This document shows, piece by piece, positions 1 to 8,790 of a DNA stretch of 22,700 bases. Position 1 is the stretch's first letter; each line of letters begins with the position of its first letter. Made by a program: the position numbers and the translations under genes. Source of the stretch: Promethearchaeota archaeon (GTDB taxonomy: Archaea > Asgardarchaeota > Thorarchaeia > Thorarchaeales > Thorarchaeaceae); assembly GCA_027031765.1 (NCBI GenBank), contig JALVPN010000221.1, positions 1 through 22,700 of the forward strand, written 5' to 3'. The notes below the pieces were generated by a model. That model searched no databases. It had not been told where the DNA came from and was given only the letters and a program-made list of their open reading frames with translations.

Positions 1-2
1 CG

Positions 3-476
3 CATGGCGACCACCACGGCCAGGCCGCAGGCAGTACTGACTCCGCGGAGCAGTTTGTCCAGGCGTCCGGACAGGCGGACGGGGGCGTTGCTGGCACGCA
101 GTGCCACCAGCTGGCGGGTCCCGGTCGGGTCACGCACCTGTAGTGAGTGCTCCCAACAGGAGGTGGTGGCATCATACGTACGGACATGCACCCACGGTGT
201 ATGCACGAGCGTGTCGGCCTCCGAGGCCCCCCTACCAGCCAGCGCCACCAGGTGCACCAGCGTGACCAGTACCACAACGGCCACACTGGCCCACGGGTAG
301 ACGACCGTGATGAGAGTGACCAGGATGAACGTGGCGACGACCGATGTCCACCGTCCACGGACGGCCCTGTCGGTCCACCTGAAGGAGTCGACCTCCCTGT
401 GTTCTCGTCGCGCCTCTGCGATGGCCTCAAGAGGGTCCTTCTCCGGACGCGAGCCCAGTACGTAGTCACTTGTCAA
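3..476 (-). CDS. Membrane protein with 2 N-terminal TM helices, 3'-partial (runs off window)
   Basis: Not in the ORF track. Manual translation from TTG at 476 (TTGA overlap with the stop at 473-475) is open to the window edge: MTSDYVLGSRPEKDPLEAIAE...WTSVVATFILVTLITVVYPWASVAVVVLVTLVHLVALAG...RQLVALRASNAPVRLSGRLDKLLRG. Confidence 0.75.
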   Translation of the reverse strand, partial: MTSDYVLGSRPEKDPLEAIAEARREHREVDSFRWTDRAVRGRWTSVVATFILVTLITVVYPWASVAVVVLVTLVHLVALAGRGASEADTLVHTPWVHVRTYDATTSCWEHSLQVRDPTGTRQLVALRASNAPVRLSGRLDKLLRGVSTACGLAVVVAM

Positions 477-748
477 CGGGTCACCCCCTGTGCTGCTATG
501 ACGTGCAACATCCGTGAGAGCCTGTCAGCTGCGCCCCTGTCACCACCCGATACCACGAGGTCTGTACCAATGATGAGCACCTCTGGCATGCCGCGCACCC
601 GTGAGATACCGTGTGCAATGGTGCCGGGCGATGAACGCAGTACTGTCCAGTGATAGCCATGTCCAGAACGGAGGACGCGCATGACACGGCGGGCGTCCAG
701 GGGCCGCGGGATCCGTACCTCGACCGTACCGGCAGTGGGGTCACTCAC
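473..748 (-). CDS. Small hypothetical protein (~91 aa, MSDPTAGTVEVRIPRP...)
   Basis: 3' part of track ORF 473..1273. The GTG at 748 overlaps the stop of the upstream gene, and this gene's stop overlaps the next start, so it fills the operon gap exactly. Confidence 0.6.
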   Translation of the reverse strand: MSDPTAGTVEVRIPRPLDARRVMRVLRSGHGYHWTVLRSSPGTIAHGISRVRGMPEVLIIGTDLVVSGGDRGAADRLSRMLHVIAAQGVTR

Positions 749-1328
749 GACGTACACCTCCAGTGCTGATGAGCAGCATGTCCTCCAGCGACGGCTCGCG
801 GACGGGGACATGTGGGTATGCGGCACGCATCGCACTCTCAAGGACGCCTGCATCAACGAGCACCCGCTCCTTGAGGGACTCTGCCGCCCGTACACCGTCA
901 CGCAGTCTGAGGCCCTTTCTGTGGACACAGAAGCCCACTCTGGTGGGCCCCTCACCATGCGGGCGCACAACAAAGAACCTGAGCTCGCCGGCGCCTGCGG
1001 AACTGTAGTGGACATGCATTGCCTCGAGGACACGCTCAGCAGAGTGCGTGAGGTCAATCCCGAGGGGCACGGTGCCCAGGAGGCGACAGGTCGACACCTC
1101 GACCGTCCACGCACGCAGGGCGGCCAGTACGTGCGCCTCATCATCCCAGAGCAGCTGGTGACGGTCCCGGTCATGACGGTGGACGAGTATGAGCACCAGC
1201 AGGACGGGCAGGCCCACGAGGGGTGCCATGGGGACTCCGGGGAGTGTCCAGAGCAGGACAGCGCCCCATGCAACGAACACCGAGACCGGGGCCACGATAC
1301 GCAGCGCCACCGAGTCGTACCAGCTCAT
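741..1328 (-). CDS. Hypothetical membrane protein (2 N-terminal TM helices plus soluble domain)
   Basis: Track ORF 741..1355. The ATG at 1328 makes an ATGA overlap with the helicase stop. Hydrophobic IVAPVSVFVAWGAVLLWTL and MAPLVGLPVLLVLILV segments. Confidence 0.75.
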   Translation of the reverse strand: MSWYDSVALRIVAPVSVFVAWGAVLLWTLPGVPMAPLVGLPVLLVLILVHRHDRDRHQLLWDDEAHVLAALRAWTVEVSTCRLLGTVPLGIDLTHSAERVLEAMHVHYSSAGAGELRFFVVRPHGEGPTRVGFCVHRKGLRLRDGVRAAESLKERVLVDAGVLESAMRAAYPHVPVREPSLEDMLLISTGGVRRE

Positions 1329-3349
1329 GTGCACACCTCCTGCGAGTCCTGACACGGGCGCGGCGTGGCCCCAGGCCCTGACCGAGAGCGTTCCGTGGAG
1401 GGCGGGTGGAGGTGGTGCGACCGCGACGACACGAACATCGAGATCGCCTCACGGAGCTCGTCGACGGAGCTGTAGGGCCAGACATCCGCCACGGCGTCGT
1501 CACCGAACATTGTGAGGTACTGCTGGAACCGCCTGTCCAGCAGGAGCACGACACCCCAGTCACTTGGCGACCTGCGCAGACGGCCGACGAGCTGGGCGAC
1601 CTGGCGCACAGAGGGCACCACCGATGCATAGTAGTAGCCAAGTCCCTCGCCGAACCGTTCCTCGTACCAGTCCTGCAGCGCACGCTGGTGCAGTGTCGGC
1701 GGGCTGAATGGGATGCCCACCCCCACAATCAGGTCCACCATGCTGGAGCCGCCACGCACGAGGTCGATGCCCTCACTGAACTTCCCACCGTACACACAGA
1801 ATATCGCCCGCGGGCCGGCCTCCACCTCGGCCTGGAGCTCCTCCAGCCTCGCATCGCGTGTCTCCACGACCCGCTCGCGCATGCCCGTCCTGACACCATA
1901 GCTGAGCACCTCCTGCATTATCGCGTAGCTGGGGAATGCGACTAGGGCGCTCTTGTCAGCAGGCATGTGACACAGTGCGACAGTGACCCGCTCTGCAATG
2001 CGGCGCCACATACTGGGAGAGCGCTCGGTATACTTGGTGCTCACGGTCCGGTCGAGGAGGACAAGGCGCGTCCCGTGAGGGTATGGACTGGCGAGGTCGG
2101 CAGTAATGGCATCCGCCACACCGAGCAGACGGGAGTAGTGTGACAGGGGCCGCAGCGTCCCCGACATGAGCAGTGCAGAGCGGGCACCACGGAGGACAGG
2201 CGCAGCAAGGCCCGCAGCATTGAGGGGGCGCACCCTGAGCACCAGGTCGGCGGGACTGCTGGCACCACCACGGTAGCCGTGGGACTCAAGGGTCACCAGC
2301 CAGTCAGACCCCTTCGACGCAAGATGTCCGGTGAGGAGCAGCTCCACCAGTCTGTCCAGTGGGGTCTCCAGTGCCGGGGCATCGTCTGCTATCTCCACCG
2401 GGACGACCATGTCACGGAGACGACGCAGGGCATCGACATCTGCAAACCGCGGCACTACGTCCCATATGTTGAGCCGGCGCTCCCCACTGTGCAGTGTCTC
2501 AAGGCCCCGTACCATAGTGTCCCACACGAAGTCGACCGTCTCGCCGAGCCACTGCATGCCCGTATCGCGGACGATGTCGTCACTGTTCTTCCTGAGCCAC
2601 TCGATGTCCTCCCCGCTCAGCGTGACCGTGTGGGACGACAGGACATGCTCTGGCAGGTTGTGTGCCTCGTCAACGACCAGGTCGACATCCAGTAGCCGGA
2701 CACCGAGGCTTGAGAGCAGCGCCCGCCGTGCGCGTTCCTGGAACATGTACCCATACGGGCCAATCACCACGAGGCTCCGACGGGCAGACCACCGCAGCAG
2801 TTCGTACGGGCAGAGGCCCTCCTCGGCACCCGTCCGCTCTGCGGCCTCCCTTGTCACGAGCCCTGCGGAGGCCAGGCGGGACACCACGTCACGTGCACGG
2901 TCACGTATAGAGTACCGTCCGTTCTGACCCCTGACATAGAAGTCATTATAGAAGCGGCACCGCCTTGACTGTATGAGCTCAGCACATGCCCTGTTGAACC
3001 CCACATTCGAGCGTGCACCCATGGAGTCCCGGAGGGGACAGATATGCACGCGCGAGGCCATGCTCGTGGCGGTGACCAGGGTGGAGTGACCGGCCGTGAC
3101 GCCGTGCTCCCGCAGGACTGACAGCTCGTTCTCGAAGACCCGGGTCTGTGAGTGGGTTCTTGTGAGGACGACGAGCCTGGATGTCGGGTCTGCGGCACGG
3201 GACGCCAGGAAGCCTGCAAGGACCGCTACTGTCTTGCCCACACCACAGTCCGCCGACAGTAGGCCCACGGTCTTCCCGTTGAACACGCGGGCTGCGAACT
3301 CCACCGCCTCGTCCTGGTGCGGCCGCGGACGGTAGGGGAACCACGTCAT
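1325..3349 (-). CDS. xpd: XPD/Rad3/DinG-family SF2 DNA helicase with 4Fe-4S cluster
   Basis: Q motif FPYRPRPHQ, Walker A ADCGVGKT, four Cys (ICPL, RAC, CRFY, CPYE), DEAH, SGTL, FPSY, GKFSEGID, QLVGRLRRSPSDWG. Start at ATG 3349 or GTG 3370. Confidence 0.93.
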   Translation of the reverse strand: MTWFPYRPRPHQDEAVEFAARVFNGKTVGLLSADCGVGKTVAVLAGFLASRAADPTSRLVVLTRTHSQTRVFENELSVLREHGVTAGHSTLVTATSMASRVHICPLRDSMGARSNVGFNRACAELIQSRRCRFYNDFYVRGQNGRYSIRDRARDVVSRLASAGLVTREAAERTGAEEGLCPYELLRWSARRSLVVIGPYGYMFQERARRALLSSLGVRLLDVDLVVDEAHNLPEHVLSSHTVTLSGEDIEWLRKNSDDIVRDTGMQWLGETVDFVWDTMVRGLETLHSGERRLNIWDVVPRFADVDALRRLRDMVVPVEIADDAPALETPLDRLVELLLTGHLASKGSDWLVTLESHGYRGGASSPADLVLRVRPLNAAGLAAPVLRGARSALLMSGTLRPLSHYSRLLGVADAITADLASPYPHGTRLVLLDRTVSTKYTERSPSMWRRIAERVTVALCHMPADKSALVAFPSYAIMQEVLSYGVRTGMRERVVETRDARLEELQAEVEAGPRAIFCVYGGKFSEGIDLVRGGSSMVDLIVGVGIPFSPPTLHQRALQDWYEERFGEGLGYYYASVVPSVRQVAQLVGRLRRSPSDWGVVLLLDRRFQQYLTMFGDDAVADVWPYSSVDELREAISMFVSSRSHHLHPPSTERSRSGPGATPRPCQDSQEVCT

Positions 3350-3376
3350 GTGCCCGGAACGCGCGTCCACTGGCCC

Positions 3377-3988
3377 TCACGCCTCCAGTCTGATGCAGGA
3401 CTCCGCGGTGTGGATCCTGAAGCGGATGGAGAAGTAGCTGCGCATGAGGCTGTGGAAGCGTGCGACCTGGCTGGGACGGTAGAACTCGGGGTCACGACTG
3501 CCAATCCGCTCGACAATCTCAGGACTGAAGCCCTTCTGGCGGGCTGCGGTCCAGAAGTACTGTTCGACCTCACGCATCGTCGAGACCACGAACACCACGC
3601 TCTTCTCCACCGTGGCCATGAGGAACCGGACGGCGTCACGCGCCCCGGCCGGGATGTCAGATAGCCTGACCGAGGTGGGGATGTAGACCGCGATGCCGTC
3701 GTTGCTGTCGAGATAGACCTCATGGGGCACGCTCTGGGTACCACGCAGGGCCTCCAGCAGGGACAGCACACGCGGTAGCTGTGGTAGGAGCGGCCGTGAC
3801 GGGTCGCGCCAGTCGACGCGTGTGACCACGAACAGCTCCGGGTCCGGCTCGTCAATACCCGGCATGCGCAGCACGGTCACCCTGTGATAGGTGTCCCTCA
3901 GGAGCAGGTTGACGAGGTTGATGACCGACATGCGTTCCCTCGGGCGCTGCTGCACCCTGCCCGGGGCCACCACGTCGCTCTGTGCCAT
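3377..3988 (-). CDS. Hypothetical protein (MAQSDVVAP...)
   Basis: Part of track ORF 3377..4114. The ATG at 3988 is preceded by a GGAGGTG ribosome-binding site and lies 4 bp after the upstream stop. Confidence 0.75.
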   Translation of the reverse strand: MAQSDVVAPGRVQQRPRERMSVINLVNLLLRDTYHRVTVLRMPGIDEPDPELFVVTRVDWRDPSRPLLPQLPRVLSLLEALRGTQSVPHEVYLDSNDGIAVYIPTSVRLSDIPAGARDAVRFLMATVEKSVVFVVSTMREVEQYFWTAARQKGFSPEIVERIGSRDPEFYRPSQVARFHSLMRSYFSIRFRIHTAESCIRLEA

Positions 3989-3992
3989 GGTG

Positions 3993-4445
3993 TCACACCA
4001 CCTCCTCACTGGCCGCGGGGGCCAGCGTATCGGCGTCCTGTTGCAGCAGGCCCTCTGACACCAGCAGGTCGATGAAGTGCATCGCCCTCTCCGGGTTGAT
4101 ACCGGCCTCTGCACACTCGACCAGCACCATGTCCAGCGTGACGACGTGACTGCGGGCGAGAGCTGCGAGGCTGCGGATGATGTCGAGCACTCTCCGCTTC
4201 ACACCGCGTCCACGGGCCCTCCCACGCTGTCGTGCAGAGCCCATGCGTGCCTCCTCCACAAGGCCCACGACCAGTTCCTGGGCCTCCTCACGGGTGGCTG
4301 CATACACGGACTGGGGCGTGTGTACTACGGGTGCTGCACACATCGAGCATGATGTCACCTCGTCCCTGTCAGTGACACGCACGTAGCCCGTATAGCCACA
4401 CCGCGGACAGGTATAGACCCTGAACACACTGCTGCGTCCTGTCAA
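3993..4445 (-). CDS. Zn-ribbon plus C-terminal winged-helix protein
   Basis: CPRC...CSMC pairs. The C-terminal VLDIIRSL...VTLDMVLVECAEAGINPERAMHFIDLLVSEGLLQQ has a wHTH-like pattern. TTGA overlap with the radA stop. Confidence 0.7.
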   Translation of the reverse strand: MTGRSSVFRVYTCPRCGYTGYVRVTDRDEVTSCSMCAAPVVHTPQSVYAATREEAQELVVGLVEEARMGSARQRGRARGRGVKRRVLDIIRSLAALARSHVVTLDMVLVECAEAGINPERAMHFIDLLVSEGLLQQDADTLAPAASEEVV

Positions 4446-5509
4446 GTCTCAAGTGCCACCTCCTCTACCTCTGGCTCCTCCTCGGGGGCCTTTGTCGGGA
4501 GCTCCGTGCTCATACCGAGCCCCTCGAGGTACTCGATTACCGTCGGCTCGACGCGCTTGCGCACCCGCTCGTCATCATAGAAGCCGCCCCAGCCGAGGGA
4601 CATGCTCACGTCAAAGTCGGGGAGCCCTGCATGGTCCTTCAGTTTGATGACCCTCTTCCGGTCGACGCCCGGTGCACACTGGAACCTGTAGTCGGACGCG
4701 TGTGCGACCACATGGCCACCCACAGGAGCGTTGACCTGGCCGAACCCACCGGCACCAGGCTTTGAGATGGCCTGGTTCGTATAGAGGAAGACCACACCTG
4801 TGGCCATGGCCACGCGACGCATCAGGTTCAGTAGCGCGTTGATGCGCTGCTGACGGATGCCGAGGTTGAACAGCCCCACATACTCGGCACGGAAAAAGCC
4901 GGTCAGCGAGTCCACCACGACCAGCCTGACATCGTCCTCCACGCAGATCTTTGGGATGCGCTCGAAGAGCTGGACGAGGTGGTTGGTCGTCACTGGCGTT
5001 GCTGTGCGGACACTGGCGAGCATGACGTCAGGGTCGAGGCCCCACCTGTAGATGTTGGCCCGCAGCGTCTTCGGCTTGAAGGAGTTCTCAGTGTCCAGCC
5101 ACAGGACGCGCCCTTCCAGTCCGCCGTCCTCAAGTGGCAGCAGCGCCCGCGCAGCAAGGTGCAGGCACATCTGTGTCTTGCCGCTGCTCGCCTTACCGTA
5201 GAACTCGACTATCGAACCGCTCTCGAGGCCGCCCTCCAACAGTGCGTCGAGCTTTGTAATCCCGGTCTTGAGCCGGGGACGGCTCCCGAGCTCAGCCTCG
5301 ACCTCTGTTGCCGGCCTGAAGTCGAACATCCCGAGCCGTTCCCGGGCGGCCCTGATGACCTTCTTACACGTGCCCTCACCAAGGCCCGTCCTCTCCTGCA
5401 GCTCCTCCGCGTTCTGGACTGCCAGCAGCTCCGCAGTCGTGATGAACGCCTCTTGCAGCTTCTTCGCTATGGTAGCACCGATACCTGGTACCTCTGTCAA
5501 CTCTGTCAT
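4442..5509 (-). CDS. radA: RadA/Rad51-family recombinase, divergent (probably a paralogue)
   Basis: N-terminal HhH (EVPGIGATIAKKLQEA), KTGITKLDALLEGGLESGSIVEFYGKASSGKTQ (Walker A), VVVDS (Walker B), FRAEYVG, RQQ, TNQ, PVGGHVVAHAS. Divergent C-terminus with an acidic tail. Confidence 0.88.
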   Translation of the reverse strand: MTELTEVPGIGATIAKKLQEAFITTAELLAVQNAEELQERTGLGEGTCKKVIRAARERLGMFDFRPATEVEAELGSRPRLKTGITKLDALLEGGLESGSIVEFYGKASSGKTQMCLHLAARALLPLEDGGLEGRVLWLDTENSFKPKTLRANIYRWGLDPDVMLASVRTATPVTTNHLVQLFERIPKICVEDDVRLVVVDSLTGFFRAEYVGLFNLGIRQQRINALLNLMRRVAMATGVVFLYTNQAISKPGAGGFGQVNAPVGGHVVAHASDYRFQCAPGVDRKRVIKLKDHAGLPDFDVSMSLGWGGFYDDERVRKRVEPTVIEYLEGLGMSTELPTKAPEEEPEVEEVALET

Positions 5510-5625
5510 GGGAACACCCCCAAAGGACTCTCCCGCTCGTACTCCCCTGCACCCGCCGGCTGCGACCGGTCACAACCCGGTCCAACGACAGGATTCATTG
5601 CCGTGGCCGGGGGGCGCCCTAGAGG

Positions 5626-6351
5626 CTACGCCCGTACACCTCCACCCACCGTGTCAGCGCCGGTCAGCGCCATGATGTGCTCAAGTGGTGCGAGTCCGTC
5701 GAGCCACTCAATGATATCTCGCACAGGCACCGCGTCAAGGTCGTCAGCACTGAGCACCGACACCAGGAGTGCCTTGCCAGCATCGGCCACCCGTCGCAGT
5801 GCCAGCCTGCGTTCCTCGACGCCCATCACCCTGTACCACGGCATCACCACAAAGCCCGACTCTCCGGCAAGGAACTCATCCCACTCGACCTCCCAGTCGC
5901 CGTTCACAGGCTCCTGACGCACAGCACTCAGCACGGTCTCTGTCCAGGTCTTCCACCTGTGCATTATCCTGTCGACACGCACTGCCAGCTCCCGGAGGTC
6001 TGGTGCCTGTACCATCACGGCCACCGATGTGTGCGTCTTCCGGATGATAGCCGCCCCAGCAAGTCCGGCCTCCTCCTGTGTCAGGATGACTGCAACCGCT
6101 GACACCAAGGACGGGATGTCACACGGCAAGTACCCGCCGGGCGCCCGCTCTGCGAACCGCTCGAACGGCTCCAGTATGCTGCTGCGCAGGCCGACCACAA
6201 CCACCATGTACGGGCCCGGGAGGAGCTCTGCCAGCAGTACGTTGTGGTAACCATCACTGTAGGCCGCCTGCACCGGGACCGTCACCTGGACGCGGCCCTG
6301 TTCTTCCAACTTCTCAGCGTAAGCCTCAAGGTCTAGGAGTCCTCGCGACAT
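5626..6351 (-). CDS. Hypothetical soluble protein (MSRGLLDLEAYAEKLEEQG...)
   Basis: 3' 241 codons of track ORF 5626..6588 have globular-protein composition. The first ~79 codons look like an intergenic extension. Confidence 0.7.
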   Translation of the reverse strand: MSRGLLDLEAYAEKLEEQGRVQVTVPVQAAYSDGYHNVLLAELLPGPYMVVVVGLRSSILEPFERFAERAPGGYLPCDIPSLVSAVAVILTQEEAGLAGAAIIRKTHTSVAVMVQAPDLRELAVRVDRIMHRWKTWTETVLSAVRQEPVNGDWEVEWDEFLAGESGFVVMPWYRVMGVEERRLALRRVADAGKALLVSVLSADDLDAVPVRDIIEWLDGLAPLEHIMALTGADTVGGGVRA

Positions 6352-6683
6352 CAACTGCTCACCGACAATGACATCGCATCCCAGAATATTCAACATTCCG
6401 GGCGCCCCCTCACGACCACGATAAGTACCCGTCTTTCCAACCAGACAGTGATATGGCCTGGCTGCGCATAACCGCCAATAAACACCTGTATAACCCGCTA
6501 CTATACCACTACCACCACCGACCGCCAGGTACTTACCAAGATTTCCGCGTGGTCTCCATGTCTTGTCGTTGGACCAGGTGCTCCGCAACCACGCATCATG
6601 GTCTCAAGATGTAATGCATTGTGGTCCCCTGACACATCATTGCAGTTGTCGCTGCAACATGAGAAGTGGTCTTCCGTGCCCCA

Positions 6684-7337
6684 TCACTCCGTCACGGGCT
6701 CTGATACTACAGGGCCCGAATACTTTGCCTGGAGCTCCTGCACGACCGCCCTTGCCTGGGCCCCCAACTCGTCCTCTCGTCCTACCAACGACTGCAATTC
6801 TGTCACTGCAATGGCATTGTGCCTGTGGGCCGCCAGGAACAGACTCTCAAGACAGTCGGTGAGCAGCTCCGTGTCCACTCCGCGGCCCTCCTCATATGCG
6901 ATAACTACTGGGTACGCAGCGTGTCTGTAAAAGTTGTTCTTGTATCCTTCCCCCAGAAAGGCAAGCCAGACATTCAGCACCAAGAGCATGATTCCGAAGG
7001 GAACATGCCCGCACATAAGCCCTTGGAACATGGGGTCAGCACTAGGACAGCAGAGAGAATACACAATCAAGAAGCCCAGGTTCCAGGGTAGGGCAACTAG
7101 GGTGAAATAGGAGCGGAGGTGGCTACCACACAGGAGCTGCCGCAAGCGACCAGCATGTCTGGTCGTGTATTCATCACCCCAGAAGTAGACATAGAGGATG
7201 GTCACAATGAAGGACTCTGGTACCATCACGCCTCCGAAAAAGATCATGATCCATGAGAAAAGGGCTATGTTTGAGAGAAAGATGTCGAAGACTGAGGAAA
7301 AGATGTCGAAGACTGAGGAAAAGATGTCGAGAGTCAT
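6684..7337 (-). CDS. Partner (putative immunity) membrane protein, family A
   Basis: ATGA overlap with the tip A stop. About 3 TM segments plus a helical C-terminal domain. Clear paralogue of 18747..19325 (shared FWGDEYTTRHAGRLR, AYEEGRGVDTELLTDCLES, QARAVVQELQAKYSGPVV). Confidence 0.75.
   Translation of the reverse strand: MTLDIFSSVFDIFSSVFDIFLSNIALFSWIMIFFGGVMVPESFIVTILYVYFWGDEYTTRHAGRLRQLLCGSHLRSYFTLVALPWNLGFLIVYSLCCPSADPMFQGLMCGHVPFGIMLLVLNVWLAFLGEGYKNNFYRHAAYPVVIAYEEGRGVDTELLTDCLESLFLAAHRHNAIAVTELQSLVGREDELGAQARAVVQELQAKYSGPVVSEPVTE
7278..7330. repeat. 21-bp tandem repeat, 2.5 copies (encodes DIFSSVF)
   Basis: aaagatgtcgaagactgagga x2 plus aaagatgtcga. Confidence 0.95.
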
Positions 7338-8257
7338 CGCTGTACCTCCGTGAACTCTTTGACCGAGGTTTCAAAATACTCTATCCATACGGATTGCATA
7401 GAGCCCACTATGAAGGAGTTGAACGCCGCACTTGCCATTCCCCGGAGAAGTCGGGGACAGTATATCTCTCTGAGCTTGCCAGACAGGTTCTCGGAAACAT
7501 GCCATAGCACTTGCAGTATGAAGGCATGCGTACCAGGTCCCATTGAGAACGTCAAGGCGGCCCACCATGCCCCCAATACCCCGACTACGAAATCGACCGT
7601 GACTCCACATGCTCCATAGGCCACTAGGAGTAGCGTCGACCGCTGACTCCAGGTCACATAGTGACCAGCCATGAGAGCCACTCTTGCAGCAGGTCCCATC
7701 ATGCACATTGTCATGCAGGCGTCTACTGCACCCAGACCAAGCAGCAGTGCGACACTCAACAGGAAGAGGACAGCTGAGGCGATACTCTCAACGGCAGTTG
7801 CCCCTGCCACATGCGCTGCCCAGGACTGTTCCTGTGGACTAGTCATCCGGTCGTCCACCGGCGTGCAAGTCTCACACCCTTCGACTCGAGAGTCACACAG
7901 CAGTTCCACTGAGACGTGCAGAGTAGCAGTGCCCCCTGCTGGAGTCGAGACCGTCAACGACAGGTGAATGCGCGGCCACCACCCTTCCCACCACGCCACA
8001 ACCTCCTCTGGCAACCTCTGGATGTCATCTGGGAGGAATCGGGCAGCTGGCAAGGGCTCGGCCTCTGCATGGCAGCCGTCAACATTCCCATGAGACTCCT
8101 CCGGCCCATCCGGGTCTGGCGCTGCCGGGTCGTGCCGCGTCAGCGCCGCTACCACCTTGATGTCGTGGGTGTGTATCTCCACCAGAGTGTACGAGGAGTA
8201 CCAATGTTTCATGATGACCACAGCATACTTGATGACTTGGGGGCCCCTGTCACTCAC
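7334..8257 (-). CDS. Orphan cassette, variable tip type A (junction module plus hydrophobic C-terminal domain)
   Basis: Begins directly in a degenerate junction module (QVIKYAVV...HDIKVVAALTRHDPAAPDPDGP). GTG overlaps the upstream stop. Paralogue of 19325..20389. Confidence 0.7.
   Translation of the reverse strand: MSDRGPQVIKYAVVIMKHWYSSYTLVEIHTHDIKVVAALTRHDPAAPDPDGPEESHGNVDGCHAEAEPLPAARFLPDDIQRLPEEVVAWWEGWWPRIHLSLTVSTPAGGTATLHVSVELLCDSRVEGCETCTPVDDRMTSPQEQSWAAHVAGATAVESIASAVLFLLSVALLLGLGAVDACMTMCMMGPAARVALMAGHYVTWSQRSTLLLVAYGACGVTVDFVVGVLGAWWAALTFSMGPGTHAFILQVLWHVSENLSGKLREIYCPRLLRGMASAAFNSFIVGSMQSVWIEYFETSVKEFTEVQR
8101..8240. repeat. Junction module copy 1 (degenerate)
   Basis: ccgggtcgtgccgcgtcagcgccgctaccaccttgatgtcgtg core shared with five other sites. 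Confidence 0.85.
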
Positions 8258-8790
8258 GGATGCCGGATATTATTAGTCGGCACTTGAGTGTTCCCAAGCC
8301 CTCCCGTAGGATCTGGGCTCGTACAACACACTCGTAAGAGGGCCATGAGAACTAACGGAAAGACCAACGAATACGTTAACTGCATGTCCTGCACCGTTTC
8401 CGGCAGTTCTTGGGGCCACAGTATTCCAATGACTAGCAAAGGCAGTCCGAAGAATATGGCGGTAGCACCGAGGTTGGCAATCAGACTTGCTCTCACGGTC
8501 CGGACAGTGGCCCCGTGAAGTCGGACGAGGAAAGGAAGAGGCCTCTCAGACTGGTCAGTCCTGGCCATAGCGGACTTTCTCGCATACCTCCTTGTTAGAT
8601 GACTTGCAATTCTAAGTACAATAAGTGGAAGGGAAGATATCATGTAAAGCCAGACCACAATCCATGGACTGATTGTCGTACGGACACCTCCTTTTCTCCT
8701 GCTATTTTGGACCTGAGAGGTAAATCCCTGCCATGACACCAAGTCCAAGCAATAGGAGCAGAGTTCGTGCACACTGCAAGAAAGTGTCAT
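8254..8790 (-). CDS. Partner (putative immunity) membrane protein, family C
   Basis: Three hydrophobic segments (WIVVWLYMISSLPLIVL, LGATAIFFGLPLLVIGILW, YSLVFPLVLMALL), directly after the 610-aa gene. The true start is uncertain and probably lies downstream of 8700 in transcription direction (GTG 8658 or ATG 8643). Confidence 0.65.
   Translation of the reverse strand: MTLSCSVHELCSYCLDLVSWQGFTSQVQNSRRKGGVRTTISPWIVVWLYMISSLPLIVLRIASHLTRRYARKSAMARTDQSERPLPFLVRLHGATVRTVRASLIANLGATAIFFGLPLLVIGILWPQELPETVQDMQLTYSLVFPLVLMALLRVCCTSPDPTGGLGNTQVPTNNIRHP

Noticed and set aside
6352-6588. N-terminal 79 codons of track ORF 5626..6588
   Set aside because: Low-complexity, intergenic-like sequence at the array boundary. 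ATG 6351 is a more plausible start.
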